A DNA stretch of 64,000 nucleotides from Paraspadella gotoi (taxonomy: Eukaryota > Animalia > Chaetognatha), in contig CM119270.1 in the NCBI GenBank assembly GCA_051294375.1, positions 11,404,141 to 11,468,140 on the forward strand, given 5' to 3'. The notes under the pieces are model-generated. The model did not search any database and was not told the origin of the DNA. It was given only the letters and a program-made list of their open reading frames with translations. The position numbers and the translations under genes are program-made. Shown here in pieces: positions 13,745-28,300 of the stretch (the first letter of the stretch is position 1; each line of letters starts with the position of its first letter).

Positions 13745-13783
13745 GGCCGATGCGGTCCGCGTTTTAGAGCAAAGTTTGAAGAT

Positions 13784-13815
<32 letters not shown>

Positions 13816-15197
13816 CGAGAGAGGAGGTAGAGAGAGAGAGAGAGAGACGGCAAAGGAAGGATTGATAGAAAGAAAAAGAAGAGAAAAAACATAGAGAGAG
13901 AGAGTTAGAGAGAGCGAGAGTCAGTGATAGATGCAGTGCAAATAAAAAATCGGGGAAGCAACCTCCCAGGAAATCTCACTGGAAGTTTGTGAGAGAGCAA
14001 AGGTTTTTTAGAAAAGAACTAGATTATCACTGGAGTAAAAATGCAAAATAATTTGAAATGGGGTTTGTAGAGATTTAGTTCATGAAGTTTAAAGGAACTA
14101 TTTTTTGCTTAGGATATAAATTTTCCTGATGATAAGAGTAGAAGAAAAGTTTTATTGGCATCGAAGTAGAGGAGCAAACTCCCCTACACTCGGAAGAGAA
14201 GGAGCGAACGCTTTTTCCGCTCGGAAGTGATCCAAGAAAAGGTTTTCGCCGTGAGAGAGGTAGCGAAGGTATTTTGCTTAGGGGAGCTCATTTCACTAAT
14301 GGAGTGAAGCCAAGAAAAAAAAATCCGTTTCAGATGCGAAGTTTATAATGACTTTTTAAAGAGAGGAAAAAACGCAAACGCACCTGGTGAGACTCGGTGG
14401 TGTCTCTCCGATTAAAAATTTGTTTTGCCACTAAATTTTATTTCGTTTGTTTGTTTGTTTTTTTTTTGGTTTCTTTTTGCAAGGAATGGCCGAAGTTCTC
14501 TTTCTTAACAATATTTTATATGAAACTTAGGAGGTTTAGGAACTTTACCTCGGAATGATTAATACAGTGGCATTATAGAATAAATTGGCGGCGGCGGAGC
14601 GGATAGATATCGAACGGAGGAAAAGATAAAATTGGCGCGTGCATCGGTGAGGCGCGAGGAGGAAGATTCATTACGACTCTTTAAGGACTGCGTTGGGAAA
14701 ACGTTAAATGGAAGAAGAGAAAGGGAGAGAGATTGGGGTGTGAGAGCGGGAATGGGTGGGGACGTTGGGGTGGGAAAAAGTATGGGAGAATGGTGGGTTT
14801 ATGTAAAGGCCGTGGGTTGAAAAATAGGAAAAGAGTTTGGAGTTAAAGATTGGGAAAAGGAAAGTGAGAACGAAAAAGAAAGAGCAGAGATTGGGGAGAG
14901 TGAAATTGGCCAAGACTTTACTAAAGTTTTTAAAATGATAATTGAGAGAATAATGATGAAAAAAGCAACTAGCGATGTTTAATTTAGAGTGAAGATTGCG
15001 AGAAACGTGGATGAGAAGAATAAATTAAGTGTTAAAAATCATTTTTTAATCAAATAATGAGCAAAAATTGACAAGAAATGTTGTAAAATAAGAGTTAGGG
15101 AAGTGAAGTTAAAGAGTAAAGAAGGATGGTCGGGGCCAGTCATGAAAGGAGGAAATTGAAATAGAATCGGCCGGTGAACTGAGGATGGGAAGGATTT

Positions 15198-15232
<35 letters not shown>

Positions 15233-16503
15233 NNNNNNNNNNNNNNNNNNNNNNNNNTAGGAGGAGAGAGGGAGAGAGGAGAGTGGAGAGAGAGGAGATG
15301 AGAGAGATGAGAGAGACGAGAGAGAGAGAAGGAGAGAGGATAAAGAGAGAGAGACAGAGGAGGAAAAATGTTGCTTCTCATCTCTCGTTCTGATCTCTTT
15401 TCCTCTCTCTCTTTTTTCTCTCCTGCCAATTTCCGGTTCCAGCTGACAATTTCCTGCGATGACGCGCGTGGAGTCCCGGAACCACATTAGTTTAGAGACG
15501 AAGAGAGAGGAGAGAGAGATAGAGAGATAGAGAAGAGAGAGAGAGAGAGAGAGGAGAAGAGAGAGAGAGAGAGGAGAGTAGACGCGGGATTTAGACGTTC
15601 GAATTCATCATGGCAATTGCCATCGTCGCGTCTTCGTTCTAGTGCGTCATCGTCGTCTTCAAAATTTGTTAAAGGAGAAGATTGTAATCATTGTATTGAT
15701 TGTAATTCTGAGAGTTTGGCGTCGAAGAGTCGACGAACCGATGGGGATTGACGTTGAGTGTCGGCGGACGACAACAAAAAAGCCCGACGACGACGGACGC
15801 GACGACGAAGAGAGTTCAGAGGTCGTGTTCTTCCCCTAGTCAGTTCTTTCGTTGTGTCCTTGTCAGTATTTCTCTATGTTCTCAGTCATCAATTGTCTTC
15901 GTTATGACGCTCAAATCGCTTTCCAGATTAGTTCCACGTAAAGAATCAATCAATTGCAATCAAATGATCTTTATTACAGCTCAGAAATCGAGTCCTTAAA
16001 ACTGCTCAATCCGGTTATTGGGAACAAATAAGGATAAAATATCGCCCACATCTCACTGTTGTGGTTTTCACCCAACCCCGCCCACGAAAATCCGGTCAGC
16101 TTGATGTCTTCTCCGCTCATCAACCCCATCCCCATCATCTCTGACTCATCCCACCCGTTCCTTCTAGTTCTGATCCCCAACCCACCCCCTCCCACCTCCG
16201 TCTTCGAAACTCATCTAAAATTCTACCCGAAGAAAAAAAAGGGCGAAAGATGGCTCGAGTATTTGCGCCGTACGATATGAGGAGGAGAGAGAGAGAGAGG
16301 AGGGCTCATGAGAGAGAGAGGAGACGGAGGCGAGAGCGCTTCTTCAAGATTGGCAAGGCGGGAAAATAGCAGCAGTTATTCTCAGAGCATGAAAATCCGA
16401 AAGCAATTGTTTTATGGATGCGAAGGGTAAGCTGAGAAGAGAGAGAGAGAGAGAGAGAGGAGAGAGGACGAGAAGAGAGAGAGAGAGAGAGAGACAAGAG
16501 AGG

Positions 16504-16538
<35 letters not shown>

Positions 16539-17268
16539 AGAGAGAGATAGAGAGGAAGGAGAGAGAGGAAAACAGAGAAAGTTAGGTGCCACGTTTAAAG
16601 ATGACATTTTTGAGTACTGAACTGAACTGAAGAAGAAAAGTAATCATGGGACGACAGATTCGATCGTTTTCGTCAAGTCTTCGTCGTCGTCGTTCGTCGT
16701 CGTCGTCGTCGTCGTCGTCCTCATCATCCGCGTCCTTGGGACGTCGTCGTCTCAGTACTGCGTCAAGAGCTTTCATCATCTTCGTTGTCGCAGTCAACGG
16801 TTCGTTTTCAATTTGTTGAGTTAAAAACCAAATTAGTTTCTCTTTATCATATTTTTAAACGACATAAAGACACAGTCACAGGCCTTGGGTTGGTCGCTTA
16901 AAAATCATTAGGATATCGCAGAATTAAACTTAAGTCTATTTTCTCATTAATTTGTATGATTAGAAGATACTTTTTAACTGGGGTTATTTTCATTTAAGAT
17001 GCTTTGGTCTTCGAAAAAAATTGTTTTTTTTAACCATTCCAAAAGGCAGACATCTTTAGACGAAGCAATGAGTTTTCGAATTACAAAACCCAAATTAACT
17101 ATAATTTAAAAAAGTGTTTTGACTACTTCTTAGGCGCCACTAACGAGCGGGTTCCGTTGCGGCTTTTGGTACGTCACCGCCGTGGCAATGCCATTACGAA
17201 TTGATAATAGTGGTAACAGAATGGAGTTAAGAGCACTCATTCTCTCTCTCTCTTCTCTCTCTCCTCTC

Positions 17269-17314
<46 letters not shown>

Positions 17315-18254
17315 TTCTCTCTCTCTCTCTCACGTATATAATTTCCATTTGGAATGAGAGCCACTTATCAGGTCAGGCGTGAAAGGGTCGTTAACTCCTT
17401 TTATCGGTATAAACGCGTACTTTTGCTCTTTCGGTTCGTCGGACTCGTTGCAGATGCGAGGCCAATATCGCTGGCGCGCAACAACAAACGACGTTGCTCT
17501 TGGAATTGGAGATTCCTAACGTGTGACGATGAACGGCGAGGAGGGAGCTAACCAGAACGTTTTGGAATTCGAGAAGCAGAAGTCGTTGGCGTATTCGCTT
17601 TTTGAACAAATTTACAGAACACCGGGGAGTCTGCGCCATATTTATCGCTAGAATTCCTTTATTATTCTCCATTGCCATTTTGTTTGGTTACTTTTATTGC
17701 TCTCGCTTTAATTTTCGTATCCAACTATTTTTTTCATATCCCATTTTTTACAAAATTTCTGGAGAAATGTGGAATCGCTAAAAAAGATATATATCGCACG
17801 ATTCCGTAAAACTCAGTCTGTTTTTTAAGCATTAGTCTGACATAGTAAGCATATAGTCTGACATAGTCCACCCAGTAAAATTGTTGCGGCATTGCAAAAC
17901 TTTATTAGTGATTTTTTCAATAAGACCAACCATTAAATCTGGAGTTAAGGGGAACCGATCGACCACTTTACGCCTCCCCTCTTTCACGTGAAATCGCGTG
18001 AGACGATAAATTCACGCTGAGACTCGAAGCGTACTTCCCGTCTTCGAGCGCCCACTCTCCACTTTTGCGCGGCGAAAAGGGGAACGGGGGGGGGCGGTAT
18101 TTTGGGAGGTGGGAGTTGACTGGCAGGAAGAATGGAGTGAGAGAGAGATGGAGTTTCTGATGTAATGGCACGAATTCTACCTTTCCGTGAAGGTTCTATA
18201 AGAAACTAAAGTAGGTGAAAGGAATAAGGATAGAAAACGGAAATATATATATGT

Positions 18255-18431
18255 TGTAGGCGGTTAGTATTTTATACCCCGTTAACTCGTCCGAGAATCA
18301 GCAGCCACCTATGGCGCCGGATGGTAGCAACCGAGCTCCTTCCCAAACCCAAAGGGGCTCGGGTTCGCGGCATAGGATGCATGCTGATCTCGCAAGACGA
18401 TAACAAGGGTATGGAAATACTACCGCTGACA
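18255..18431. mobile_element. Error-rich duplicate of the 34128-34288 palindromic element
   Basis: Same sequence and flanks within the other copy of the 16-kb duplication. Confidence 0.7.
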
Positions 18432-19235
18432 GATGTAGAGTTTTCTCCGCATAGGTATTCTATAAAAATAAAAAAAGAGTTATTGGGAAAGACACGAAAG
18501 CGACGCGAAGCCAAAGAAGAATCCACCGCGAAAGATAAAACAGTTAAAAAAAAAAGTAAAGAAGAAGGCGGGAGCCAATATTAGGGAGGGGCGAGAGGAT
18601 GCGGAGAAGAGGGAGATTCGACGATAATTGAGAGTAAATGCTGAGAGACTCGTTGTTTAGTTTATGTTTAGCAGCCAGAGAGAAAAAGAAAAGGAAACAA
18701 AAATAGGAGAGGCCAAAACGGAGGAAGAGAGTGTGACGACCGAAGGGAGAAAAGTTCGGGAAGAGGTACTGACCTCCGCGAGAAGCGGACGGGCGTTGAT
18801 TGATCGGAGTCTCGTCTGAAATATAGATTAACTTGGATACTAATTATGTTTTTGAGACGATAGGGGTTAGTTTAAACTTCGTCTATAAAAGATGACAATA
18901 AACGTCTAGTTCCTTATGGCTCTGCTAGGATTGAGAATTTCCCTTGACTGGCCGCAAAATATGTACAGAGTCAGAGACAACGCAAAACGCTGCTTGATAT
19001 TATTTTAGATAAAATATAACTGACACACACTCGCATCTGGCTATCTAGTGGTGGTCTATTGCAATCATGCGAGGTTGCGCATCTCCCTAGGCTGCCGAAT
19101 CGAAAAATAACGCCCTTCAAAGTGGCGCTTGAAGAAAATACAAAAAGACAAACGAAAATCCCGTTAAGTCTTTTGATTTTATTCAGTGTGAAAAAAAAGG
19201 GAGAAGTATCGGAGACAGAGAGGAAGAGAGAAGAT

Positions 19236-19284
<49 letters not shown>

Positions 19285-19424
19285 AGAGAGACGAGAGAGA
19301 GAGAGGGAAGAGCAGAAAAGAGATTCTCCCCATTTCTTCCTTGCACGACTGGTGCGACTTCATTCGGAATTCGTATTAATCATCGAAAACATTCACATTA
19401 TGTCTCTAACACCTGAAGCATTAC

Positions 19425-19455
<31 letters not shown>

Positions 19456-19876
19456 CTTCTCTCTCTCTCTTTCTCTCTCTCTCCTCTCTCCTTCTCTCTC
19501 TCTCTCTCTCTCCTCTTCTCCTTACTCTATTTCCACTCTCCTTTTTCGGACTCAAAAGGCGTTTCGTTTCTCATTTTTCTTATTCTCCTCCATCGCATTA
19601 AGAAACCATTGACAGTTTCATCTCTCTAATTATTCTTTAACATTTTTCCTCTATTTTTGAACTCCTAATGCACTTTCTTCAACCTCTCAAAAACAAGTTA
19701 TCTTTTGACAAAAATATCTCCCTGGAGAGAAATTATTTGGTTGTCAAAAATGTTCTCATATTTCTTAAGATATTTTTTTTTAAATTTATTTAATATTTGA
19801 AACATTTTTTAGTTAATTTTTTTCATGTTTCTTTCGGCGACGTTTTCCGAGAAAAATCGTCTGTCGTTGCGCCGAC

Positions 19877-21919
19877 ATGATTTGTGACAGATCAGAACGA
19901 CTCGATTTCTTTCCGTCGTCAACTTTTATTGGAATTTGTCGTCGGTCGGTCGTCGTCGTTTCCGTCGTCGTCGTGATTTTCTTTTGGAGGCGCGAGAAAC
20001 TTTCTCTTCACTTCAAGTCACTCCGCTTTTAGCTTTTTTAAAACTTTACGATTGTTGCAGTCATTGGCCTTTTTTTCCCTTTATATTCTATTTACGTTTT
20101 ATTTTCTTTTCTATTCAATTCTTTTCTTTTCTTTTCTTTCTTTTCTTTTTTCTTTTCTTTTCTTTCTTCTTTCTTTCTTTTCTTTCTTTTCTTTTCTTTC
20201 TTTTCCTTTTCTTTCTTTTTGCTTTCTTTCTCAACTGACTTGTAAAAATTCGCTTCCGAAATTAGAAACATTCACTTACATTATTCTTTCCCCTTTCCCA
20301 TTCCCCTTCTCCTACGCCCAACATCCTTTCCTTCCTCAATCCTCTCTCCCTCTCGTCCTTCACCCTTCTTCTTACTCATCTTTTTTCATTTTCAGGTGAC
20401 GCGAAAATCGAGCTCGAATGCCAGCTAACCCTACTTCATCCGCGCGCTTCCCTCAGATTGCGAAAAAAGGGAACGACGATCAAAATCTTGTTCAGCGTTT
20501 TACGGCTGGTGTTTTGCTAACAGGTCAGTTATGGAAAGGGACATAACGGGTCCAGAGGGTCATGCGAGGGTCATTGGTAAGGTAACAGTCAGTCGTGAAA
20601 TGCATAAGGACGAGTTGTCGTTGATTTCGCTGACTGGTCATTCGATTGGATGGAAATAATGACTGATAAGTATTGATCGACTTAAGCCAGGGTGACGATC
20701 GGCAAAATGCCAACAGGTGAGCGAGGGCATTCGCGAAGGGTGGAGTGGTGTTTGACGACCCGGTGGGCGGCAATGGTTTTGACAACGGGATGGAACTGAA
20801 CGGTATTAGGATGTTTGGAATGAGAAGGATCGGAATCGGGGATGATTTTGACTCGAACGAATACTTCAACTGGTTTTCAAGGAAGGAGTCAATGAAAAAA
20901 GAGAGTTTTTGAAAGTTGGTACGAAAACTACGAAAGTTGGTTGAAAGAAGAAGGTAGTTTTGTTGGCGCTTGGGTAGATGCAGCAGGTTTTGGCGCTGTA
21001 GTGGTTTCGATTGTTTTTTTCCACGGCCGAGGCCGCTCGCAATCAGCGCCAACAGGTGCGCGACCGAAAGATCGACGGCGCGTGAAATCAGGTATCCGTC
21101 GAAGAAAGAATCGGCAATGGAGGCGTTGGAGGTGGATTGGGAAGGGAGTGAGAATAGGCGGGGAAGAGTAGAATGGATGGTGGAAAAGATAGAGAGGTGG
21201 GAGAGAAGAAAAGCGGACGGAGTATATTGTTGTGCTGGGGACAAGCGAAGAGAACGCGTTTTCAAATGACGGGGATTAACTCCGGTCATCAGGTGATTGA
21301 AATTGTGCTTGGTTCAATGTTTGTCAACGTGAAATCTGAAAAATGCAATTTTTCGAGTTTGTCATTGTTGTTGTCGTTGTTGCTTTGGAGAGGGTCGATT
21401 GGCAATCAGTTTGCATTAGATTCGTCCGAATTGAAAAAAAAATATAATAAGCCGAAGGCGATATTCTTAGACGCAAATCAGGAGTCTTTAATTCATTCTC
21501 GGGGCAGATGAACTGAGAAGACTGATTCCTACTATTTGATTACCGAAGTATATTTTTTACAGATAGTACCTAAAGTTAAACTTAAAACCTTAAAAGAAAG
21601 AAATTAGAGGCTCACTTGCATTACTGAGGACCAAGGGAGGGCAAGAAAGAGGGAAAAGAAAGAGAGAAAGATAAAAAGCGATGAGAGAGAGAGATGCCAA
21701 AAAAGTAAGGGAGAAAAAAAGAAGTGAAAAGGAAGAAAAAGTAGGACGAAGAAAGATAGGAAGCGTTCGCCCGCTAAGGGAGCGCCATTCTATAGCAGCC
21801 ATAATGAAAAAAATTATGACCCTGGGCACAAAATTTGACAATCCTCGGAAGCGTTCAGGCCCTGGACGAGCCTCGAGGGGAGGAAGAGAGAGAGAGAGCA
21901 GTAGAGAGAGAGAGAGAGT

Positions 21920-21951
<32 letters not shown>

Positions 21952-22194
21952 TTGTGAAAAGTTAATTCATGTCTGTGGCCGTCAGGTTCAGGGTTTTTTT
22001 TCTTTATTTTCCTCAAAAAGGAAATTTCTTCTATAGACGTGAATAAATATGTTTTGTGATGTCGAAATAAATGTCAGGGGGACTTCTTAGTGTGAGAAGA
22101 TTTTGTGTGGATTTCCGAAAAAAGTTTCATCTCCATAACAACAAGAAACATATTTTGGTCAATTCTTTCTTTGACTCTTTCTCTCTCTCTCTCT

Positions 22195-22233
<39 letters not shown>

Positions 22234-22257
22234 TCTCTCTCTCTCTTCTCTCTCTCT

Positions 22258-22313
<56 letters not shown>

Positions 22314-25300
22314 ATTGAGCTACTCAAAGAAAAAATCTGTTCCTATTTTCCTTCTTTCCCTTTGATGTGATCTACTTCTTATTTCTACCCTCATTTTTGC
22401 TTAGAAACTTCACTGAAGTATTTATTTGTTTGTTTTTTTTACAAATGCTTTTTGTTTGTTTTGTTTTTTTTCTTTATGGCAACGTCTGTTATTAATGTTT
22501 GTAACATTCTTTATCAAAACTAATCAAATTTTTTATTACTATCCAATGACCGCTTTGGTTCAACGCCTTTCCTCCCCTTGCAAGATTTAATCTGCCAAAT
22601 TTCTTTATCTGTTGAAATTTCCGCCAAACCAACTTGAAAGTTCTGCTCAACGCGACCCGATTCTTTGAATCTCACCACCATATCTATGGCGATTTAACCA
22701 CCAATAGGAAACATTGACCAAACCGGCAGCCTTTTGATAAAATCTCTCGCTTCAACTAAAAACGTAGTAGGTTTCTCAACCACCGTTCATTTAACGTTTC
22801 TCCCTTTGACCTTTGACCTTTGACCTTTGACTTCTGAGTTCATTCATCCGCTGGCTTTGTTCATACACCACTCCCTTGTGAGTCAGTCACCGCCACTACC
22901 ATTACCCCATCGTCGCTGCCCATAATCCGCAGAGAAGTTACCACCGTGCCAACTCCAGAAACGCCGGGAAGGCTCATAGCGCCGTTCTGATATTATTGGC
23001 TCGTGTCTTTAGAGCCCGCAGTAAAATAATGGATTCGGAGGGAGAAGGAGAGAGAGAGAGAGAGAGAGAAGAGAAGGAGAGAGAGAGAGAGAGAGAGATG
23101 AGATGGGCGAGAGAGAGAGAGAAAGAGGAGGAGAGACCGAGGCGTATTTTTTTTTTTATTAGAACAAAGCTGGGAAACTTATATGTAACGAGGGGAATCC
23201 TCGCGAAAAGCCACAAGAGGAAACTTTAGAATTATTCAATTTGTTGATAGATCAGTTGGGGAAACGAAATGCAAAAGACAGATATCAATTAGGCGCAGCG
23301 GAGCAAACATGTTGATCTTTTAAGCTTTTATACCAATCGGTTTGTATGATAATTAAATTCAACTCGGGTCGGATTTAGTGTTTTATTATCGCTTCGTCAA
23401 TTTCTAAAAAATTTTTTCGTAACAAATCTTCGTAATCACAGCTGGCATTGTTGTTTTGTTGTATACGATATTGTAATATTTCCCGTTGCAAATATGTCTT
23501 ATTTCTGTTTTTGCTCTCTATTTTTTCTTCTCTCACTGATTGAGCTTCATTAAATTATATTTATGACGATATATGTTGTATTTTTTTACTTTGGACTTTG
23601 TAGTCCCTATTTTTTATAGCTTAAAATTTAAAATAGTCAAATTTTTATGGCTCATTTTTTAGAGAAAAACAATAATCTAAGTTTGTGATACATTTTTAAC
23701 TTTCCCTTATGAAGTTTTAATATGTGACTTTATCAAAACAAAGTCTTACAAATGTTAAGTTTGCATGACTCCCTTTCCTTCCCTTCCAGTATTTTGTGAA
23801 ATGTCCTGACATTAAGACTTTTTTGTATTTTTAATTTTTTTTTCTCCATCTCCCATCGACCCTCCCCATCCGGCTGCTCAACTGCGCACATTGTTGCATT
23901 TTAAAACGAACACCATTACCAACAAAACCCCCCCCTTAAACAACATCGAATTTTTACTCTAACATTCATTAAAAAACAGACAGTATGTATAATTTTGCTT
24001 TAAAATCACTTTTTGATTCTCACACGATTGGTCTGCTCTGCATTTTTGTCGCTAATTTTTCCACGAAAATATTAAAGATTAATATTTATTCACAGATTTA
24101 TACATTACTGTAAAGTCATGGCAAAATTGATAGCAAAATTTATATCCTTTTTTTAAGCTATGACTTATACAGGTTGATATGGTAATCAGAATGGAAAATT
24201 AAATATGGACTTAAAAACATTGCATGTTGTGGACTTGAAACAAGTTTGCACAAAATTTATTTATAAAACACTGAAATATAATTCCTAAATTTTTTGAAGT
24301 CAGCATTGGTTAATTGGCTAATAACATATAAAAGGCTTCTAAGAATCGATCTTTTAGTTACTAACCTGAGCATCTCCCACTGTTATTTTAAATTTTAGAG
24401 AGAAGAAAATACATTCAGAAATAGAAGCATTTAATAGTTTTTAAAAGTTTCATTTGGTGATCGCTAATGATTTTCATAATACTATAATAAACGGTTTATG
24501 GATACTTTTTTCTTTTGCGGCCATATTTATGAACATCAACATTTTTTTCCCAGATACTAGCTTTTTTAGTAAAAGAGTATTCTTTTGCTTGAAATATCTT
24601 CTCTATTTTGCAATAAATCCAAAGTATCAAGTTATGGTAATATTTTTTATCACTTTTTACACACGTTCTAATCGAATGGAATCGGCATTATTCTTTTTAA
24701 TTAAAAATTTATGCAATTTTTTTTAACCGAGCTTTATATGATCTTTTTACCCCCAAATTGTCCAATCTCTTACGTTTTCATTGATCCTTACTTTTCATTT
24801 AACTTTCCTTCCTTATTTTTTCCCGCTTTTGTTTTATTTCACAATATTCTTATTTTTCTTTTTCCTTCCTTTGTGGCCTTTCATTTTTTTTTCTTTTCCT
24901 TTTCCTCCTTTCCATTCTTTTCTCTTTTTTCCTCCTCTCTCCTTTTTTTCTTCCTCCATTTTTCTCTTTTCTTTTTTCCATTCCTTCCATTTACATATTT
25001 CAATATGACAGAGGACCATGGCTTGTTTCCTTTTCGACGGAGACTGCACCCGAATACGACTCAACCAAGAAGATGCAACGGGAAAACAAAATTGCTGTGT
25101 GTTAAGGTTTGTCAATAATGGATTGCTCTAATAAGGCGTAGTGAAAGATTACATACGAAAATTCTAAAAGTCAATTTATGAACAACATACCATCAGTAAA
25201 CATTATTTGTAAAAAAAATTCATTTATTTTTAATTTCGCATAGGCCTATATTTATATATAGTACTATCCTTATAAAATCAAAAATTTCAAAAATAGGCAT

Positions 25301-28300
25301 TTTCTAATTTGATTGCAGCATTTTGGATTCCTCGGTCAAAGTGGATAAAGAAAGTATAAATCATTTTTAATAAATTCTTTTCATTAAGTGGGTTAAAAAT
25401 TAAAAAACTATATTAAATTAAATAAAAAGTTAATTTTCAGCTTAAATATAGTTTTTTTTAATTTTTAACCCACTTAATGAAGGAATTTTTCAAAAAGATA
25501 TATTTCTTTCTTATCAACTTTTTATGGACGAATCCAAAGCTGCCCAAAAAAATCTAAGAAAAAAACTGTTTTAAAATTTTAACATTTATTGGTTTTAGTA
25601 CTAGTATAAAGATGGACCTACTGCGTAAATTGTAAAATTTATTATAAAATTTTTTTATTACATAAATGTTCATTAGTATAATGTTGTTCGTTCTTCACTT
25701 TATAGAATTTTATTAAAGTTAATTTAGAAATTTTACTACGCCTTATTGTCTAATTGATAGAAAGGAAAAGATCAAATAAAAATAACGAAAATTCACAACA
25801 ACATTCCAGGTTGAATATGTTCTCATGGTGGGGCCCATGCGATTTCCCTCTATGCATGATTACCTTTGCAGGTTCATTATGAATAGCATTCCAGTAATTC
25901 GATGAAGTTGTTAGTAATTAAACTTTATTTCGGTATAACCTGGAGTGTCTGAAATCTTTTTTTCGTTGTCTCACTGCAGCATTTGACCTCTGTGAAAGAT
26001 CATATCTTCTAAACATAAACATTCGTTTAGTTTATAGGCAAGTAGATTTCACCCAAACGTCTTTCTTTCTCTTTAAACCTATAGATTTAAGTCTTTTGTA
26101 ACAACTGCTGAAGCGTATCGTTTGTTGATCTTATACAGTGTTTTCATTTTCCGCATTTCTTCCTTCAACTCACATGCTTTTTTGACCGTGGAGTCCAGTA
26201 TTATCCCAGGAACTCATTCAATCGTAATTAATTAATACGTTCTTCCTTATTTTAGTCGGTATGAATCAGTGTTAGGTGTAATTTTTATATGAAAAAATAA
26301 CAAACTAAACATTTTTGCAATATTTTATACCTTTGTAAATTAGGATTTAAATCTCTGTTCATAAGCGCTAAAAGCTTTACAGAGAGACCCAAAACTTACC
26401 ATTAGAATATGCAATTATTTGATTTTGAGATCTATAAGGCCGCCTTCACATCGCACTGTTAAAAAGAAAAACACAATTTTTTTAAACAAACACAGACGCT
26501 GAACTCAATGAGACATAGATAAGCCATTTCTTATCTTCAGCGTCTAACGTTGAATCTCACCGAGAACGTGAGGTTTAATGTGGCTAAAATTCAGAAATTT
26601 TTTCTAAGTCAAAGCGAATACTAACAATCAAATAAAAAAAACGGGTCTCCAAGACAAAATTCTATGACTTTATTGTCATACCGGCATCTTTAAGAGAGAC
26701 GCTTTCGTACTTTTCGAAAAAAAAAAATTAATTGTTAGAGCCAGATGTTAAATACTTGCGTACATTTTTCATGATCTTTTCTATAGTTAAACAAACTTTC
26801 TCATAATCTTTTCTCGATTCTTTCTTAAGTCTTTGTGTCATGCCTATACATGATCTCATATTTGGAGCATAGCTTAACTGATAAATATTACCTAGAGGTT
26901 TATTCAACTCTGCCAAGAATTGTATGTTAGAAAAATAAATAAAACATAAAATGTTTTAGCCAACTTCCATGTTAAAAACTTCGTTTTCGTTAATTAAAAG
27001 AAAATTATTTTATTCGTCTTCAGCGCATCCGCATGAAATAGTAATTAAAATAGATTAATTAAACCCGAATTGATTCTGGTGAGCAACATCAGCTAATATA
27101 TTTTTGATGCTTTTTTTTACAAGTAGAAGAGTTTTGTTTTCTTTGAACCAGCGTTAGTTTATTGATCTGACATCTTTCGGTTTATTTTATTCAAACCCTT
27201 CTCAGCGCCGCTATAAACTAATTAAACGAAAACATGTACGATTCAATAAAACTAAATGTGTTCAAAGAAAACAAAACTCTTTCACTTTGTAAATTAATTT
27301 TACCAATCAACGTAATGAAAGGAAATACTAACCATACTTTTTTAAAAAAAATAAAGTTAGATGGTGTTTGATTTGCCCCAAAATTATTAAGAATCAATAA
27401 TGTATTAGAAATATTATATAAAAGTATTTTCAAATACTACTTTTTTCTTGAATTTTTAAAACTTTTATTTAATTATGATATGTTGTTGTACTCGGCTTAT
27501 GATTTATTCAGTGATTCCTTGCTAGCAACCCCAGCGACTCATCGCAGGGAGATACACGAAGTGTCGTGACTGAAACTACGACCCAGAATCGGAACAGGTC
27601 ATCTACTTTGCCCTTTGTCACTTTTGTGCGAATGGCCTCACACGGAATAACAGTAAAATATAAAATATTTTCCTGTGTTTTTTACTGGCTTTTTAAATCT
27701 ACATATTATTGTAATTAATTTCACCATACATCATAATGTTTCCTTTTCTGTTATTCCCCGCGTTAACTAATAACTTCGAAGAAATAATTCACACTTCTAA
27801 TTCAGGAGCACGCAAGATAGCCATGCCATTTGGAATTGCGCTAGTAATGCCTCATCGTTGGTTGTCATTTTCGTGGTACGTCATGAAATATCAGAGGTAA
27901 GTCGGTTTCAAATCCAAAGTCTGTTCATAAATTTGCCTTACAGCAAAATGTAAATGAGTTTTTTGTTTCAGTACAGCCACAAAGCGTCGCTCGGATATCG
28001 ACGCCGACTCTCAAAGTGACGAAGACGACGTCGACTTCCCCGGACTTAATCCACGATTGCGACGCAGACCACAGTAGGTTTTTTATGTTTTTAGTTTTTA
28101 TTTTGTGGGTTTATATTCCTACTCGGCACCCACCTACAGACCCCGTGTTCAGACGCCCGCCGCCCGCGCCGCGAACTTACCCCTCGGTCGCCCGCGGCAG
28201 GGATTCTGGCGCCGCTGTCGTCGTCGGTCGTCCAGGGCGTCTTCGTCGCGATACATCTGCGCGCGAGCAGACCGTCCGGCGAAAGGGTGACGGACAGGGG

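Noticed and set aside
26100-26920. Splice-like signals and short ORFs on the - strand inside a lectin-gene intron (duplicate ~41700-42540)
   Set aside because: The frames disagree between the two copies and no recognisable domain could be assembled.
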